Below, piece after piece: positions 41,630 to 54,359 of a stretch of DNA of 64,000 nt (position 1 is the first letter of the stretch; every line of letters starts with the position of its first letter). Both the position numbers and the translations under genes were made by a program. A model generated the notes under the pieces. It did not search any database. It worked only from the letters and a program-made list of their open reading frames with translations, and was not told the DNA's origin. This stretch comes from Octopus vulgaris. Its lineage: Eukaryota. The stretch lies in the NCBI GenBank assembly GCA_951406725.2, contig OX597823.1, positions 40,920,001 to 40,984,000 on the forward strand. The letters run 5' to 3'.

Positions 41630-42141
41630 CTGCATCTCGTTCAGGAGGAACGTCCTAATTTCAGCCACTGGTGTACACTATGAAAACCTGGTACCCTACC
41701 TTATGAACCTGAGGTGGTGAGGAAAAACTTATCTTCATTGTACTTACAAGTACTTGTGGCGACATTCACCCTGGGCGGGTTGAGTCGGCTTCTTCCTCTA
41801 CCCTCGTGGCATTGTATTCGCCATTGAAAATTCATGGAAGAAGTTTCGTGGGAATATGTGAATTTGACAAGCGGTCCCCAACAATCCCCCATTTAGAGAC
41901 ATCCTGTTTTCCGTAGATTGTCCGCAGACTCAGGGGCAGAACGACCGAAGAGCCGCCGGTTTCCGAAACAGACACACCGAGGATTTTCACCAGAGCCCCG
42001 TCTGCCGAGTTGTAGCCCTAATATCACTCGGTGTCAGACCAATCCGCCTTGGGTGGCCCTACCAGGAACCGAAGTTCCCGAAGGCATAGCTCTGACACCA
42101 CCCGTTGCCAGCGTCCCCACCACGGTGAGGAGGGGATGGAC
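41630..42141 (-). mobile_element. GC-rich 5' UTR of an RTE-clade LINE (no ORF retained)
   Basis: Minus strand cc..cgtggtgggg...gagctatgcc...ggtagggccacccaaggcgga..ggtc matches, from memory, the conserved 5' UTR blocks of RTE/BovB/Expander elements. Confidence 0.7.
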
Positions 42142-42507
42142 TTTGTCTTCATTGACTCAATCTGGAGTTTGACCATTCATGCAGGCCAATGTTTTAGCAA
42201 TGCGAAAACATTCAACACATTACCTTGCAAATTGCCTCAAACAGACTACTTTCACAAATATTGGTTCTGAAAGGTTTCTTTGATAATATGATTCGATACT
42301 TGATTGGTTGAAATTAACCTCTTTTAAAGACAATCGTAGGATAGCAGTGCTCTCAATAAGAAAGATGAATTTTGTGTATGATACCAGGTCAATTTCACCT
42401 TTCAAGGTTGGATGTAAAAGTATCAATTATAGGTTGGGTATTGCCAAAAATTGTTACTAAATGTGAAAAAATGTCGTGTAATGGATGTTTTTTCCTAACT
42501 CTTTGAA

Positions 42508-42833
42508 CACATTCTTTTCTACTCTAGGCGCAAGATCCGAATTTTGGGGGAGGGAGTCAGCCAATTAGATCGATCCCAGTACGCAACCGGTACTTAATTT
42601 ATCGACCCCGAAAGAATAAAAGGGGCTAAACACAGAGAGAAGAAACAACGACAGACAAACAGGTTAAGTCGATTATATCGACCCCACTGCGTTACTGGTA
42701 CTTATTTAATCGACCCCGAAAGGATGAAAGGCAAAGTCGACCTCGGCGGAATTTGAACTCAGAACGTAGCGGCAGACGAAATACTGCTAAGCATTTCGCC
42801 CGGCGTGCTAACGATTCTGCCAGCTCGCTGCCT
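42508..42833 (-). mobile_element. Nin-domain-like tRNA SINE, full length, low divergence
   Basis: Complete head (ggcagcgagctggcagaatcgttagc), B box, Nin-like core and internal duplication. Confidence 0.9.
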
Positions 42834-43499
42834 TGCTATTTGAACACAGTGCAACAACTTTGATAATATTTGGTGCGAAGTTGTATCGGTCTAAAGCAGT
42901 AGCATTTTCCTTGGACAAATATCAATGATATAGAAATGGGAGTTTTATATTCACTGGTATCTGCCAGTAGTCTTTAAATAATAACTTGATCAAGCTCATG
43001 CACTCATGTGCAGATGAATTGGCCAAACATGAACGACGAAGACTCTAGAACACGACCATGCAGACGCACAGACCCCCCACACTTACACACACATACACAC
43101 GCACGAACGCATGTATGTGGCTAGATAGACAGAGTGATAGATTACGGACACAAATTGTAATCTTTCCTAAGTAATAAATTGCATTCAGCAGATATTTATT
43201 AAGAATGTAGTGAAATTATTTGCTCAAATTATGCTACAGCTAAATATTTAACAATTACAACAATGCATTCCAATTGGAGATTATATTTCCAATAAGGATG
43301 ACACGAATCTTTATTTATATTAAAGGCATGCTAAAGATTTTATGCATGTGTATGTAGATTTCCTTAAAAGATTATATTAGCATATGACCATATACATGTG
43401 AATGTCGGTGCGTGCGTGTGTGTGTATGGGTGTGTATATGTGTGTATTTGTCTGAGTCTGTCATTGGTTGTGTATGTATATACATAATGCAGAATACTT

Positions 43500-44510
<1,011 letters not shown>

Positions 44511-44949
44511 TACGTATGTGAATGTGTGTGGGGGGCGTGTTTTTGTGTGTATGAATATCTCTGCGTGTAATTTTGTGTTTGCATGTGTGTGTGTAGTTTT
44601 TTTTTCTAATTTTATCAATGTGCAAATTTAAAAATTACTTCTAGAGTTTCGATTGTCAGACTCCTCATATGCATATGTGTATTGTGTTTCGAAGCTATAT
44701 CAATTCTTGTGTTTGTGTGTGTGTGTGTGATAGTGTGGCAGCGTGATAGTGTCTACGTGTGCGTGTGTGTGTGTGTGTGTCACAGTCGCTATGTGTGCTG
44801 TATGTGCATGTGCGTCACAGCCGTTATGTGTACTGTATGTGAGTGTTGTGCATATGCTTATGTTAAGGACTGTGAACTATATTGTAAATATGCTCTATTG
44901 TTGTTGTTTCTGTGATTATTGTCGTGTATATGAATGCATTAGATAACAA

Positions 44950-45024
44950 ACAGCTCGACACATTTTATCCTGTGTCCCCTTCGTATGTGTATATAAGGAC
45001 ACAGGATAAAATGTGTCGAGCTGT
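44950..45024. repeat. Perfect 28-bp inverted repeat with a 19-nt spacer
   Basis: acagctcgacacattttatcctgtgtcc (44950-44977) and ggacacaggataaaatgtgtcgagctgt (44997-45024). Confidence 0.95.
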
Positions 45025-45379
45025 CAGGAGGCGTTCGATGCCTCCTAGGGCTATATAACGGTGGTGTACCCCCTACTGTCACGTTCTTGTTAGATTGACA
45101 GTATACAACCATTATATCGCTCCACCACCGTACACCTCTCTACGAGAGATTTAGAAACTCAATATTTCTTATTATATATATATATATATATATATACTCA
45201 CACACACACACGCACGCACATACGCACACTCACATGCACACATTCATATTAGAATTTATATCAAGTGATGAAGAGCAAGAAACAGTAACTGTTGAAACGA
45301 TTCCGTTCATATTGTTTGAGCCAGCCTCTCTGCCGGCATATTCAATAGTCGTTTTCTTTTTGCACACACACACAAATAC

Positions 45380-45445
<66 letters not shown>

Positions 45446-45446
45446 C

Positions 45447-45656
45447 AAAATGTGACCTCGTGTGTACCGTTGGCGATTTTTTTTCCTCTGCCTTCCCTTC
45501 TCGGAATCTTTCCTTCTCCCATGTTTCCGACGAAGAGAATGCTCGAAACGTTAAACCCTCCTTCTTCCCTTCTTTCCTGAGCGTCCAATAATACTATATT
45601 TGTTCCACGTCCTCGCGTTGTTGTGTTTTTTTGCGTTTTCTTGTTTGGATTAACTA

Positions 45657-45657
<1 letters not shown>
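45447..45657 (+). mobile_element. Solo PLE-type terminal repeat between (TA)n arrays
   Basis: About 210 bp, non-coding and pyrimidine-rich, containing a minimal hammerhead motif, with TA arrays on both sides. Confidence 0.6.
45523..45556 (+). ncRNA. Minimal type I hammerhead ribozyme motif (core variant CCGACGA)
   Basis: gttt-CCGACGA-a-gag-aatg-ctc-GAAAC-GTT-aaac. Stem I is gttt/aaac, stem II is gag/ctc, and stem III is the palindrome AACGTT. Confidence 0.7.
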
Positions 45658-45712
<55 letters not shown>

Positions 45713-45715
<3 letters not shown>

Positions 45716-46102
45716 TCTTTTACTTGTTTCAGTCAGTTGACTGCGGCCATGCTGGAGCACCGCCTTTAGTCGAGCAACTCGACCCCGGGACTTATTCTTT
45801 GTAAGCCCAGTACTTATTCTATCGGTCTCTTTTGCCGAACCGCTAAGTAACGGGGACATAAACACACCAGCATCGGTTGTCAAGCAATGCTAGGGGACAA
45901 ACACAGACACACACATATATATATATATATATACATATATACGACGGGCTTCTTTCAGTTTCCGTCTACCAAATCCACTCACAAGGCTTTGGTCGGCACG
46001 AGGCTATAGTAGAAGACACTTGCCCAAGGTGCCATGCAGTGGGACTGAACCCGGAACCATGTGGTTGGTAAACAAGCTACTTACTACACAGCCACTCCTG
46101 CG

Positions 46103-46105
<3 letters not shown>
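45713..46105 (-). mobile_element. Full-length tRNA-derived SINE with a central CA/TA microsatellite (octopus OK/OR-like)
   Basis: Head ggcgcaggagtggctgtgt..ggttccgggttcagtccc..ccttgggcaagtgtctt; tail gactgaaacaagtaaaagag. Near-identical to 57470-57894. Confidence 0.9.
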
Positions 46106-46162
<57 letters not shown>

Positions 46163-46749
46163 AGAGATTATATAAATGACAAGGGAACAAAATGTCGTGC
46201 AATGAACTTCATTAACTTACAGCTGTTTCTGCTATAAAATACAATGCACTCATATTTGAGCGTTCGGACATCATCTAATAGCTTCGTCGGCGCTTCAAAA
46301 ATTAAGTTATGTGCACACAACCACGCACGCACGCACGCACACATATTTGAATATACTTATGTGTACACTTTTCAGTGTTTCTGGAGAAGTGACTTTGTTG
46401 GTTAGATCTGAACTTAAATCGTTTTCAGTTATCTCGATATATCATTTAGGCACGGAATTATTGGTGATGATTGTGAATGCATCGACGTAAGACACGGTGT
46501 ATTTTGTAAGGTAAAACCTTTTCAAAAAGTATGTTTTGATTATTAATGCAATCACATAGAGTAGCAGCGGTACGTGTAGGGATAACATATTTTATCGCCA
46601 ATTTTCTATAAATATACTACTAGGTTTATCATGTAGTTGTAGCTAAATATAATATTTTTTGTTTAATATTTTGTGCAATGAATAGTCGTTGGTTAAATGT
46701 TTGTTCTCTGCTGAAAATGTTTAATGCTGCTTGTAGAGCTGTTAAGATT

Positions 46750-47700
46750 GAAAAGAATATTTTAAACTAAAGAAGTTTACCTTTAAGCTGTTGTCAGGTC
46801 TGTGCCGCTCATTTGTCTTATACAACTCTTTAAAATTCTTGAGTAGTCGTGTACCATTGCAATATTCAATGCTAAAGAACTAGAACGTACGTTTTAAAGA
46901 GATTCAGTGCTTAGATCAGTGTTTTTTGTGATCTGTTCATGTTTCGTTATATTATCAGCTCATCGTCACGATACATGCCACATTGAAAAGTCAAATGTGT
47001 TTTACTTATCTTTATTGAAAGGCTTTCATATAATTTTGACTCTCTGATCAGTCATTGGTATATATTTCTTTCCAAAACTAGCTTTAGGAGAACAGATTTG
47101 GCCACGAAGGAATAGAATTTTTATTCTGTTGAAGTGTGTGCACCTGTTTAAGTTGTCTATTTTACCCATCATTTGGTGACAGTGGAACTGCTGTTCCAAG
47201 GCTAGAATAATTTTCCTTTGTATTTCAAGGTACCTCAAACCAAAATATTTTTGATGACTATCTCCAATTTGGCCTTTGCTTATTTTAATTGCTCCCGGTT
47301 ATTTGCAATGTCGCATGATGCATCAAACATCTCAGCAATCAATCCATAACATTTGATGTCTGTCTCATGTATCCTCACGTATCGTACGTTCACAAATCCT
47401 ATCTCGTAATTCGCCCTTTGTTTATTGGATCATGACTCGCCACCTGCCTGAACCAATCATATAATTCAAACGCTGATTCATCGTTATGATCAACACCATG
47501 ACTGATCAAATCGGAACGTATTGAAGTTCTACAGTTTTTAACTGTACTTCGCACTCAAAGCAAATAAATCTGATCCAGTATATTAGCCACTCCCTTTGAT
47601 TGCGTCGTGTTTTTCGCCTTTTCCATTTTGAAGCTTTTATATAATTTTAAACAGGTTTCTTTAATATTAAAGGTTTTGTAGAATATTCTACCTAGCGAGA
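46750..47700 (-). mobile_element. Decayed hAT (Tip100/ZMYM1-like) transposase relic
   Basis: Minus strand CYGLIAEMFDASCDIANNREQL resembles the F.IIADE..DI.N.EQL motif. Boundaries uncertain. Confidence 0.4.
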
Positions 47701-47871
47701 GTAACACCAGTCTTCTGATCCCATGATGAAAGAAAGCGAAAGCACTTCATCATGTGGAACAATTTTTTGCTTACTTAATTTCGAACTATGCATTCGTGGA
47801 GATACTTAATTAGAATACATACATACATACATACATACATACTTACATACACACTCGCGCGCACACACACA

Positions 47872-48155
47872 CTTTAGAATTTGTTAAGTCACTTTTGATA
47901 TTTCTGAACTCATGCTGTTAGGATATACAGTTTATAAGTTTTTCCATGCACGTGTTGTATTGTTGCCCTTGCTAGATTCGTAAAGCATGCAATTGTGAAT
48001 ATGCAGCTTTCTGAAGTCCTCCTCTTCCATAGGCTACCACACAGAGCATATCAATGCACAGCATGTGTCCGCACAAACTAATAGTCATTGATTAGGTGAT
48101 AGCAAGGAAACCTTTTATTGGTTTCAAACAATTTTTCGGTGTGAGATCAGACTAA

Positions 48156-48160
<5 letters not shown>
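47872..48160 (-). mobile_element. 5' end of a mariner element, inverted copy of 49527-49816
   Basis: Diverged reverse complement with long exact blocks, e.g. gcatatcaatgcacagcatgtgtccgcacaaactaatagtcattgattaggtga. Confidence 0.9.
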
Positions 48161-48190
<30 letters not shown>

Positions 48191-48659
48191 GATATTTTGA
48201 GTATTTGCTGAGGAAACTATATCCGATGGATCTCGAAGCAAATAGAAATGGTGACTCAGTGAAAGAGGTTAACTATTTGTAAGTGATAATTATTAGACTT
48301 TTTATAAGACTGATAGTTTTAATTTCCGCATTATATGGTTGCCTTGGGCGGAGAGCAGAATTCCTCTTTGGAAGGGGTAGAACGTTTTTTTTTTTTTTTT
48401 TGCAGCCAAGTCATTAGATATAGAAGAATTCTAAATTAAGTTGGAATGTTTTGGGGTAGGATTAATATGTTAAAGGTGCACTTGAAAAAGCAAGGCTACA
48501 GGAATAAAAGGTTGGTTCAATGTTTTAATCGTTGATTAGGTTAATACAGCGAGGTTTTGATAGAGTATGGAAAGATCTCGAATTTACAGTTGAACCTGGA
48601 ATGGTGAGGACTGTTAATTTCACTGTTTCGGATTATTTTATTAGAGGATGGTTTGTCAT

Positions 48660-48843
48660 TCACGTTGTGTAAACAACGTCACTTCTACCGAGTAGTTGTC
48701 ATTCGCTGTGATGTACAACATCACATCCGTTGCCTAGTTTGGGTTGACTTCCGCCTCTTGACAGATATCGATCTTTCAGTGTTTGACTGCCTAGGGTTCA
48801 GACAAAAGTATGGCTTCTGTTAATTTCTCTGCAACACGTGAGG
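48660..48843 (+). promoter_or_regulatory. Candidate Pol II promoter and short first coding exon
   Basis: Locally CpG-containing unique DNA with acgtcac (CRE half site), gttgcctag (X-box half), acttccg (ETS), tatcgat (DRE-like), tcagt (Inr), aaaagtATGg at 48810 and a possible donor c|gtgagg at 48838. Confidence 0.3.
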
Positions 48844-49444
48844 TTTCGCAATAGGTAGGATTATTTCCGTAATAATTTTCTTCTAGGAGTATTCAACGTT
48901 TATCGTTTAAAGTACATATATATTTATTCTATAATTAAGTGTAATTTGACTTCTTCACAAGTAACAAGCTCATTGGCCGATTATTTATAATGGACTATTT
49001 TGTCTCTTTGTAGTTAACAAGTGATTTTTTTAATTATTTGTTTTAATTATAGATGTACGATTACGCATTTTATATATATGTATATTGTATATATGAGTTT
49101 CTTATAATTTTAAATTCGATTTACCTAATTTTATTTTTATTCATTTTAATTTTCACTTTTTGAAAGTAGTTTATTTTATGTTACTTAGCTTGTTTCATAG
49201 ATCTTGTTTTAAGCTGGTTCTTTTTATTGTTCGTTGTTCAAGGACGTTGATTACGAGATGTGCTGTTCCAGTAATCGTTATGTTCATGATGTGATTTTGA
49301 TTGAAAAACAAAATATTTAGTTGCCTGTGTTTGTTTATTGTCTGTGGCGATCGCTTGCTTTGCTATGGTTTGCTTTTCTTCACAAGTAACCTAATTAATT
49401 TTGGACAATTCTTAGATATTATGTCTATTTTTGAGAGGTAGTAT

Positions 49445-49485
<41 letters not shown>

Positions 49486-49526
49486 GTGTGTGTCTGTGCG
49501 CGCACACACGAGTGTATGTGCACGTA

Positions 49527-50375
49527 TGTATTTAGTCTGACCTCACGCCGAAAAATTGTTTGGAAACCAATAAGAGGCTTCCTTGCAGTCACCTAATCAA
49601 TGACTATTAGTTTGTGCGGACACATGCTGTGCATTGATATGCTCTATGTGATAACCCATGGAAGACGAGGACTTTAGAAAGCTGCATATTCAGAATTCGA
49701 TGCTTTACGGATCTGGCAAGGGCAACAATACAACACGTGCATGGAAAAACTTATAAACTGTATATCCTAACAGCATGAGTTCGGAAATACCAAGAGTGGT
49801 TTCACAAATTCAAAAGCGGTAATTTTGATCTTTTAGAGGCTATCGATCAGGAAGATCATCTGTTTTCTATAGTGACGCAGGGAAAACAGCAATTGAAGAG
49901 GATCCGTGTCAACGTATCGGAAACCTATCCGGATGTTTAGTATACATTGATCTAATGTGCAAAAACAAAATCAAGCAGAAAAGGAAGTGTATAGAGAAGG
50001 GAAAATAAAACAATGCGTTCCACAAAATAACTCAAGAAAGATAAATTCATCAGGCTGTGAAGCTCTATCTTACATTCTTTAGTCGTCAAACCCAACACCA
50101 TCAGATTTTCATTTAGGCAGATTTTCATTGAACACTTCAGTAGAAAATATTTAGGAGCAGGGGCGATGTCGAAAAGGCACTCAAAATATTTATTCCTTCT
50201 AAAAGACCGTGATTCTTTTTTGTTTGACCGTGGAATCATAAAACTCGTTTTGAGCTGAGAAGTTGTTATTTCTAACGATGAGTATCATATTGTGAGCGAG
50301 AAAATATATGTACGATAGTCATTATGGTGACTTAAACAAATCACATGAAATGTAACTTTTCAGCACTCCTAACAT
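49527..50375 (+). mobile_element. Decayed mariner element
   Basis: MEDEDFRKLHIQNSMLY...KGNNTTRAWKNL.TVYP, then frameshifted WFHKFKSGNFDLLEA.RSGR (mariner HTH region). TIR-like aacttttcagcactcctaacata near 50355-50375. Confidence 0.75.
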
Positions 50376-50589
50376 ATCTATCTATCTATCTATCTATCTA
50401 TATATATATATATATATACATATACACTGTCTTCTGGATTATCTTTTACTGCCATATGTTTCCTTGCAAGACACACACACGTAATAAAATACAATAATAT
50501 AATCTATTTATAAATCTATATATAAAGTGTGTGCGTGCGTGTGTATACATACATACATGCATATATATATATATAATATATTATACATG

Positions 50590-50667
<78 letters not shown>

Positions 50668-50769
50668 ATGTGTATTATATATAATGTGTGCATATATATT
50701 ATATATATATGTGTGCATATATATATTATATATATAATACATCATATATATAGAGAGAGATATGAATAC

Positions 50770-50871
<102 letters not shown>

Positions 50872-51728
50872 GCATTTATTATTTATTCAGAGTACTCTAA
50901 GTGAAAATTTCAAATTTCATATAAGCTATATACTCACATGAATTTAACTGTAGATACAATTATTATTTCTAATGCCATTCTAATGGGAATAAGACGCATA
51001 ACACAGATTTTAAAATGATTTTCTAAGCGTAACTGCAAACAAATGAATGTTGACGCAACATCTTAAAAGCACTTACAGATATGCATATATTCTTACATAT
51101 GTGTGTGTTGCAGGCGTAGAAATTCACAATTGTAAGCTGTTTTATACGCCTTAATGTATGTAACTTATATAAGAGTTCTTGCGCAAACATATTTGCAAAT
51201 GTGTCTACACGTTCGCAAGTTAATGAGTCTTCAGGTATTGTCAGTTACAGAATGAGTGCTAGGGATAATGAACTGATGAAAGAATTAAAATCTTTAATAT
51301 ACCTTGTCAATTCAACTTAAATTTCGTCATTGTTATTTTCTAGATGGATATGTATGGATGTGCATAATATACGTATATGCAAACATACACACATCTGCTT
51401 AACATATGCATACAGACACACATATGCTTATATATGTATAAATTGACACATACTCTTATATACACATACATTTATAGATATATGCACAGCTCCCTCTCTC
51501 TCTCGCTCTCCCTATATAATTGTATATATATTATATATTTAATATATGCATATATATACATATAAGTACATATACATACATGTATATATATATATATAAA
51601 CGTTATATATGTATACATACACATGCGTATAGTATATGGACATAAATATATATGTATATATATATATATATGTGTATATATATATATATGTATATGTATA
51701 CATTTACATATACGTACGTATATTATGT

Positions 51729-51768
<40 letters not shown>

Positions 51769-51769
51769 C

Positions 51770-52570
51770 AAAATGCAAAGTTTCTTTTCTCTTTCAATAT
51801 TCTTTCCTCAAGGTAAGAACTTCTCTCCGCTATTTTCTTTAACATGCTGTGAGCAGCATTATCGAAAATAATTAGGATATCTAACAGTAATTTTTGCTTC
51901 AAACACCAGCTTTTATGCAGCTTCTTGTAGATATCATTGTTGGTAGTTTAAATTCTATGTTGTGTTCGGGATTTTTATTGGTATTCATTGTTGTAGGCTT
52001 TGCTCCTCTTACGGTTGTGTTGCCGTTGTTTAATCTCAGCATGTATACGTACAAGCAGACCTCGAATCAAAAATATACCAGCTGTGGTAATCCTGTCTTT
52101 TGTTTTCTAGACATGGTATTTCTAGTACTACAGTAGCTAAAGTGTTGTTCTTTCTTTTCTCAAATCAGTGAGTTGTGGCTTACATGCTATATTTAGCTGC
52201 TCGATCAAATACAGACCGGCTTTGTTTTCTTCGATGTTGTATCTGGTAGTCGTTTCTGTGTTAATTTGTCTACTAATATGGTTTAGATAATTGTTATTAT
52301 TTGTTTGATATCCGTCGCTTTACTGACAGCAAGATAGCAAAATTTTAAATTTAAATTGTTTGTCCATTTTAAAAAATGACTTCGTTGGTATCAAATATAT
52401 TTTGTTTAAATACAAAGAGTCTTTGAAAGAATGAGATAGTTATTAACTTTAGCTCTAATTTCATTTTTAGAAAAATAGATGATATATTAGGCGATTTTTC
52501 GTTTGGTAAATTACTGAAAATTAAGTTGTCGTCTCTCAGCGTTGGCGTAATGAATAATCTTCCAATACAG
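51770..52570 (-). mobile_element. Highly decayed Penelope-like RT/GIY-YIG relic
   Basis: Minus strand LRDDNLIFSN (RT YxDD-like) near 52530 and CLKQKLLL..FDN near 51890, resembling PLE C-termini. Confidence 0.4.
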
Positions 52571-53657
52571 TTTAAATGCTAACGTTTATTTTATAAATAT
52601 TTTAATTACATTCAGCAAACTCGGCATATACACAACGTACAATATTTAACATTTACTTTGATGACTTCATAAATATCGTTCGCAGTCAAGGTTTTGTTTA
52701 CATTATTATGACGACGAGTCTCTCAGGCTGATTTGAAGTAGACTTAATTGCTATTTCAAGCAAGTCGAATAACAATAAGGAGCTCTCAGATTTGTTGACA
52801 TGAATATGCATATTAGTAATATTTGTGGCAGACGATGAATGTCAGAGTGAATTTACATTTAAATAATAATTTTGTCTATAATATTAACGTAATTATTTCA
52901 GTGAAATATCCCAGTCAAAACTTCTTCATACAAAAAGAAAGTGGCAAATGATAAGCTTCACTGAATTAATAAATCCGTGAGGATTATTGTTTTCAAGACG
53001 TTTCTTTTTCACAATTGTACATCAACAAATAATTGAGTAGAAAAGACAATGTTTACCTTGAGTAGGTAAGATTGTCTGTTTTACAGGCCAAATATTTTTG
53101 GAAATTAGTTTACCCAGCCCAAAAATAAGAAGTGCGAAGCGGTGGAAGGAATTGCATTCAATAATTCAAAACAGGTTTACAGTAGAATTGTTTTACGAAT
53201 AGAATGTTTATAGTTAATCTGCTGCTATTTTCATTACTTCTCCCTTTCTTCTTCCATTCTCCACATTCTTATATTTTCCTTTGATCTGTCAGTCTTCTGT
53301 TGTATTTGAGAGTCAAATACTTATGACGACCTTTTTCGATGACACTCAAAGAAAAATAAACTTTTGCCCGAAATTAAACAGTAACCATATTTTACTTTGT
53401 GTTTGGCTATGGAAATTCAAATAAATAAATTCAATCTCTCCAACGTCGTTTTATTTCATTTCTCCGAATGAATTAGTTGAAAACCATTACCGTTTGAGGA
53501 TAATGCTGGTGGACGGATAGATGATGTTATAAAAACAGCTCATACTGTGATATAGATTAATTTCTTTATTTTGCTTTTCTTCGAAGATAGCATTACGTGT
53601 GTCTCTTTCAGACTAATATATATCTATATATACATACACACACACACACACGCACAC

Positions 53658-53715
<58 letters not shown>

Positions 53716-53925
53716 GAAAATGGAGACAAACGCTCAAGATGTTATTTAAATCATTCATATCACCATATCACCAACATATGTTTCCATACATTCATTAAAA
53801 TAAATCCAAGAGAATGAATAATGTGGAACAATGCATCAGTCTCACTAGGGAGGATATAAACAACAGTGTGCATCAATACGTCATTTTAGCAGATGTTTGA
53901 AACTACAATGTATGATATATGTATG

Positions 53926-53980
<55 letters not shown>

Positions 53981-54037
53981 CGTATTTTTGCCATTTCAAT
54001 ATGGCTAACCCCTAAGGGTGGATGCTACTGTAGTTTT

Positions 54038-54082
<45 letters not shown>

Positions 54083-54359
54083 CATACATGCATATATATA
54101 TTCTCATACAAATGTATACATATAAATACATACATGCACACAAATACACATGTACACGCACACATACACACATACATATGTGGAAAGCAAAGTTGTATGA
54201 GAGACGTTAATCATTTTTAAATGATACCGTTAAGAAATTTGACGTCAAAGGGCGAGAGAAAAAGAGAAGGAAGGAAGGAAGGAAAGAAAATTGACGGAAG
54301 AATGGAGGTATAAGCAAATAGAGAATAAATGATAGATGGAAAAAAAGATGAAGGAAAGA

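Noticed and set aside
53270-53425. Polypyrimidine tract and CAG followed by about 40 open codons as a second exon for the 48810 start
   Set aside because: The phase is incompatible with the phase-1 donor at 48837, there is no good donor, and the peptide is not recognisable.
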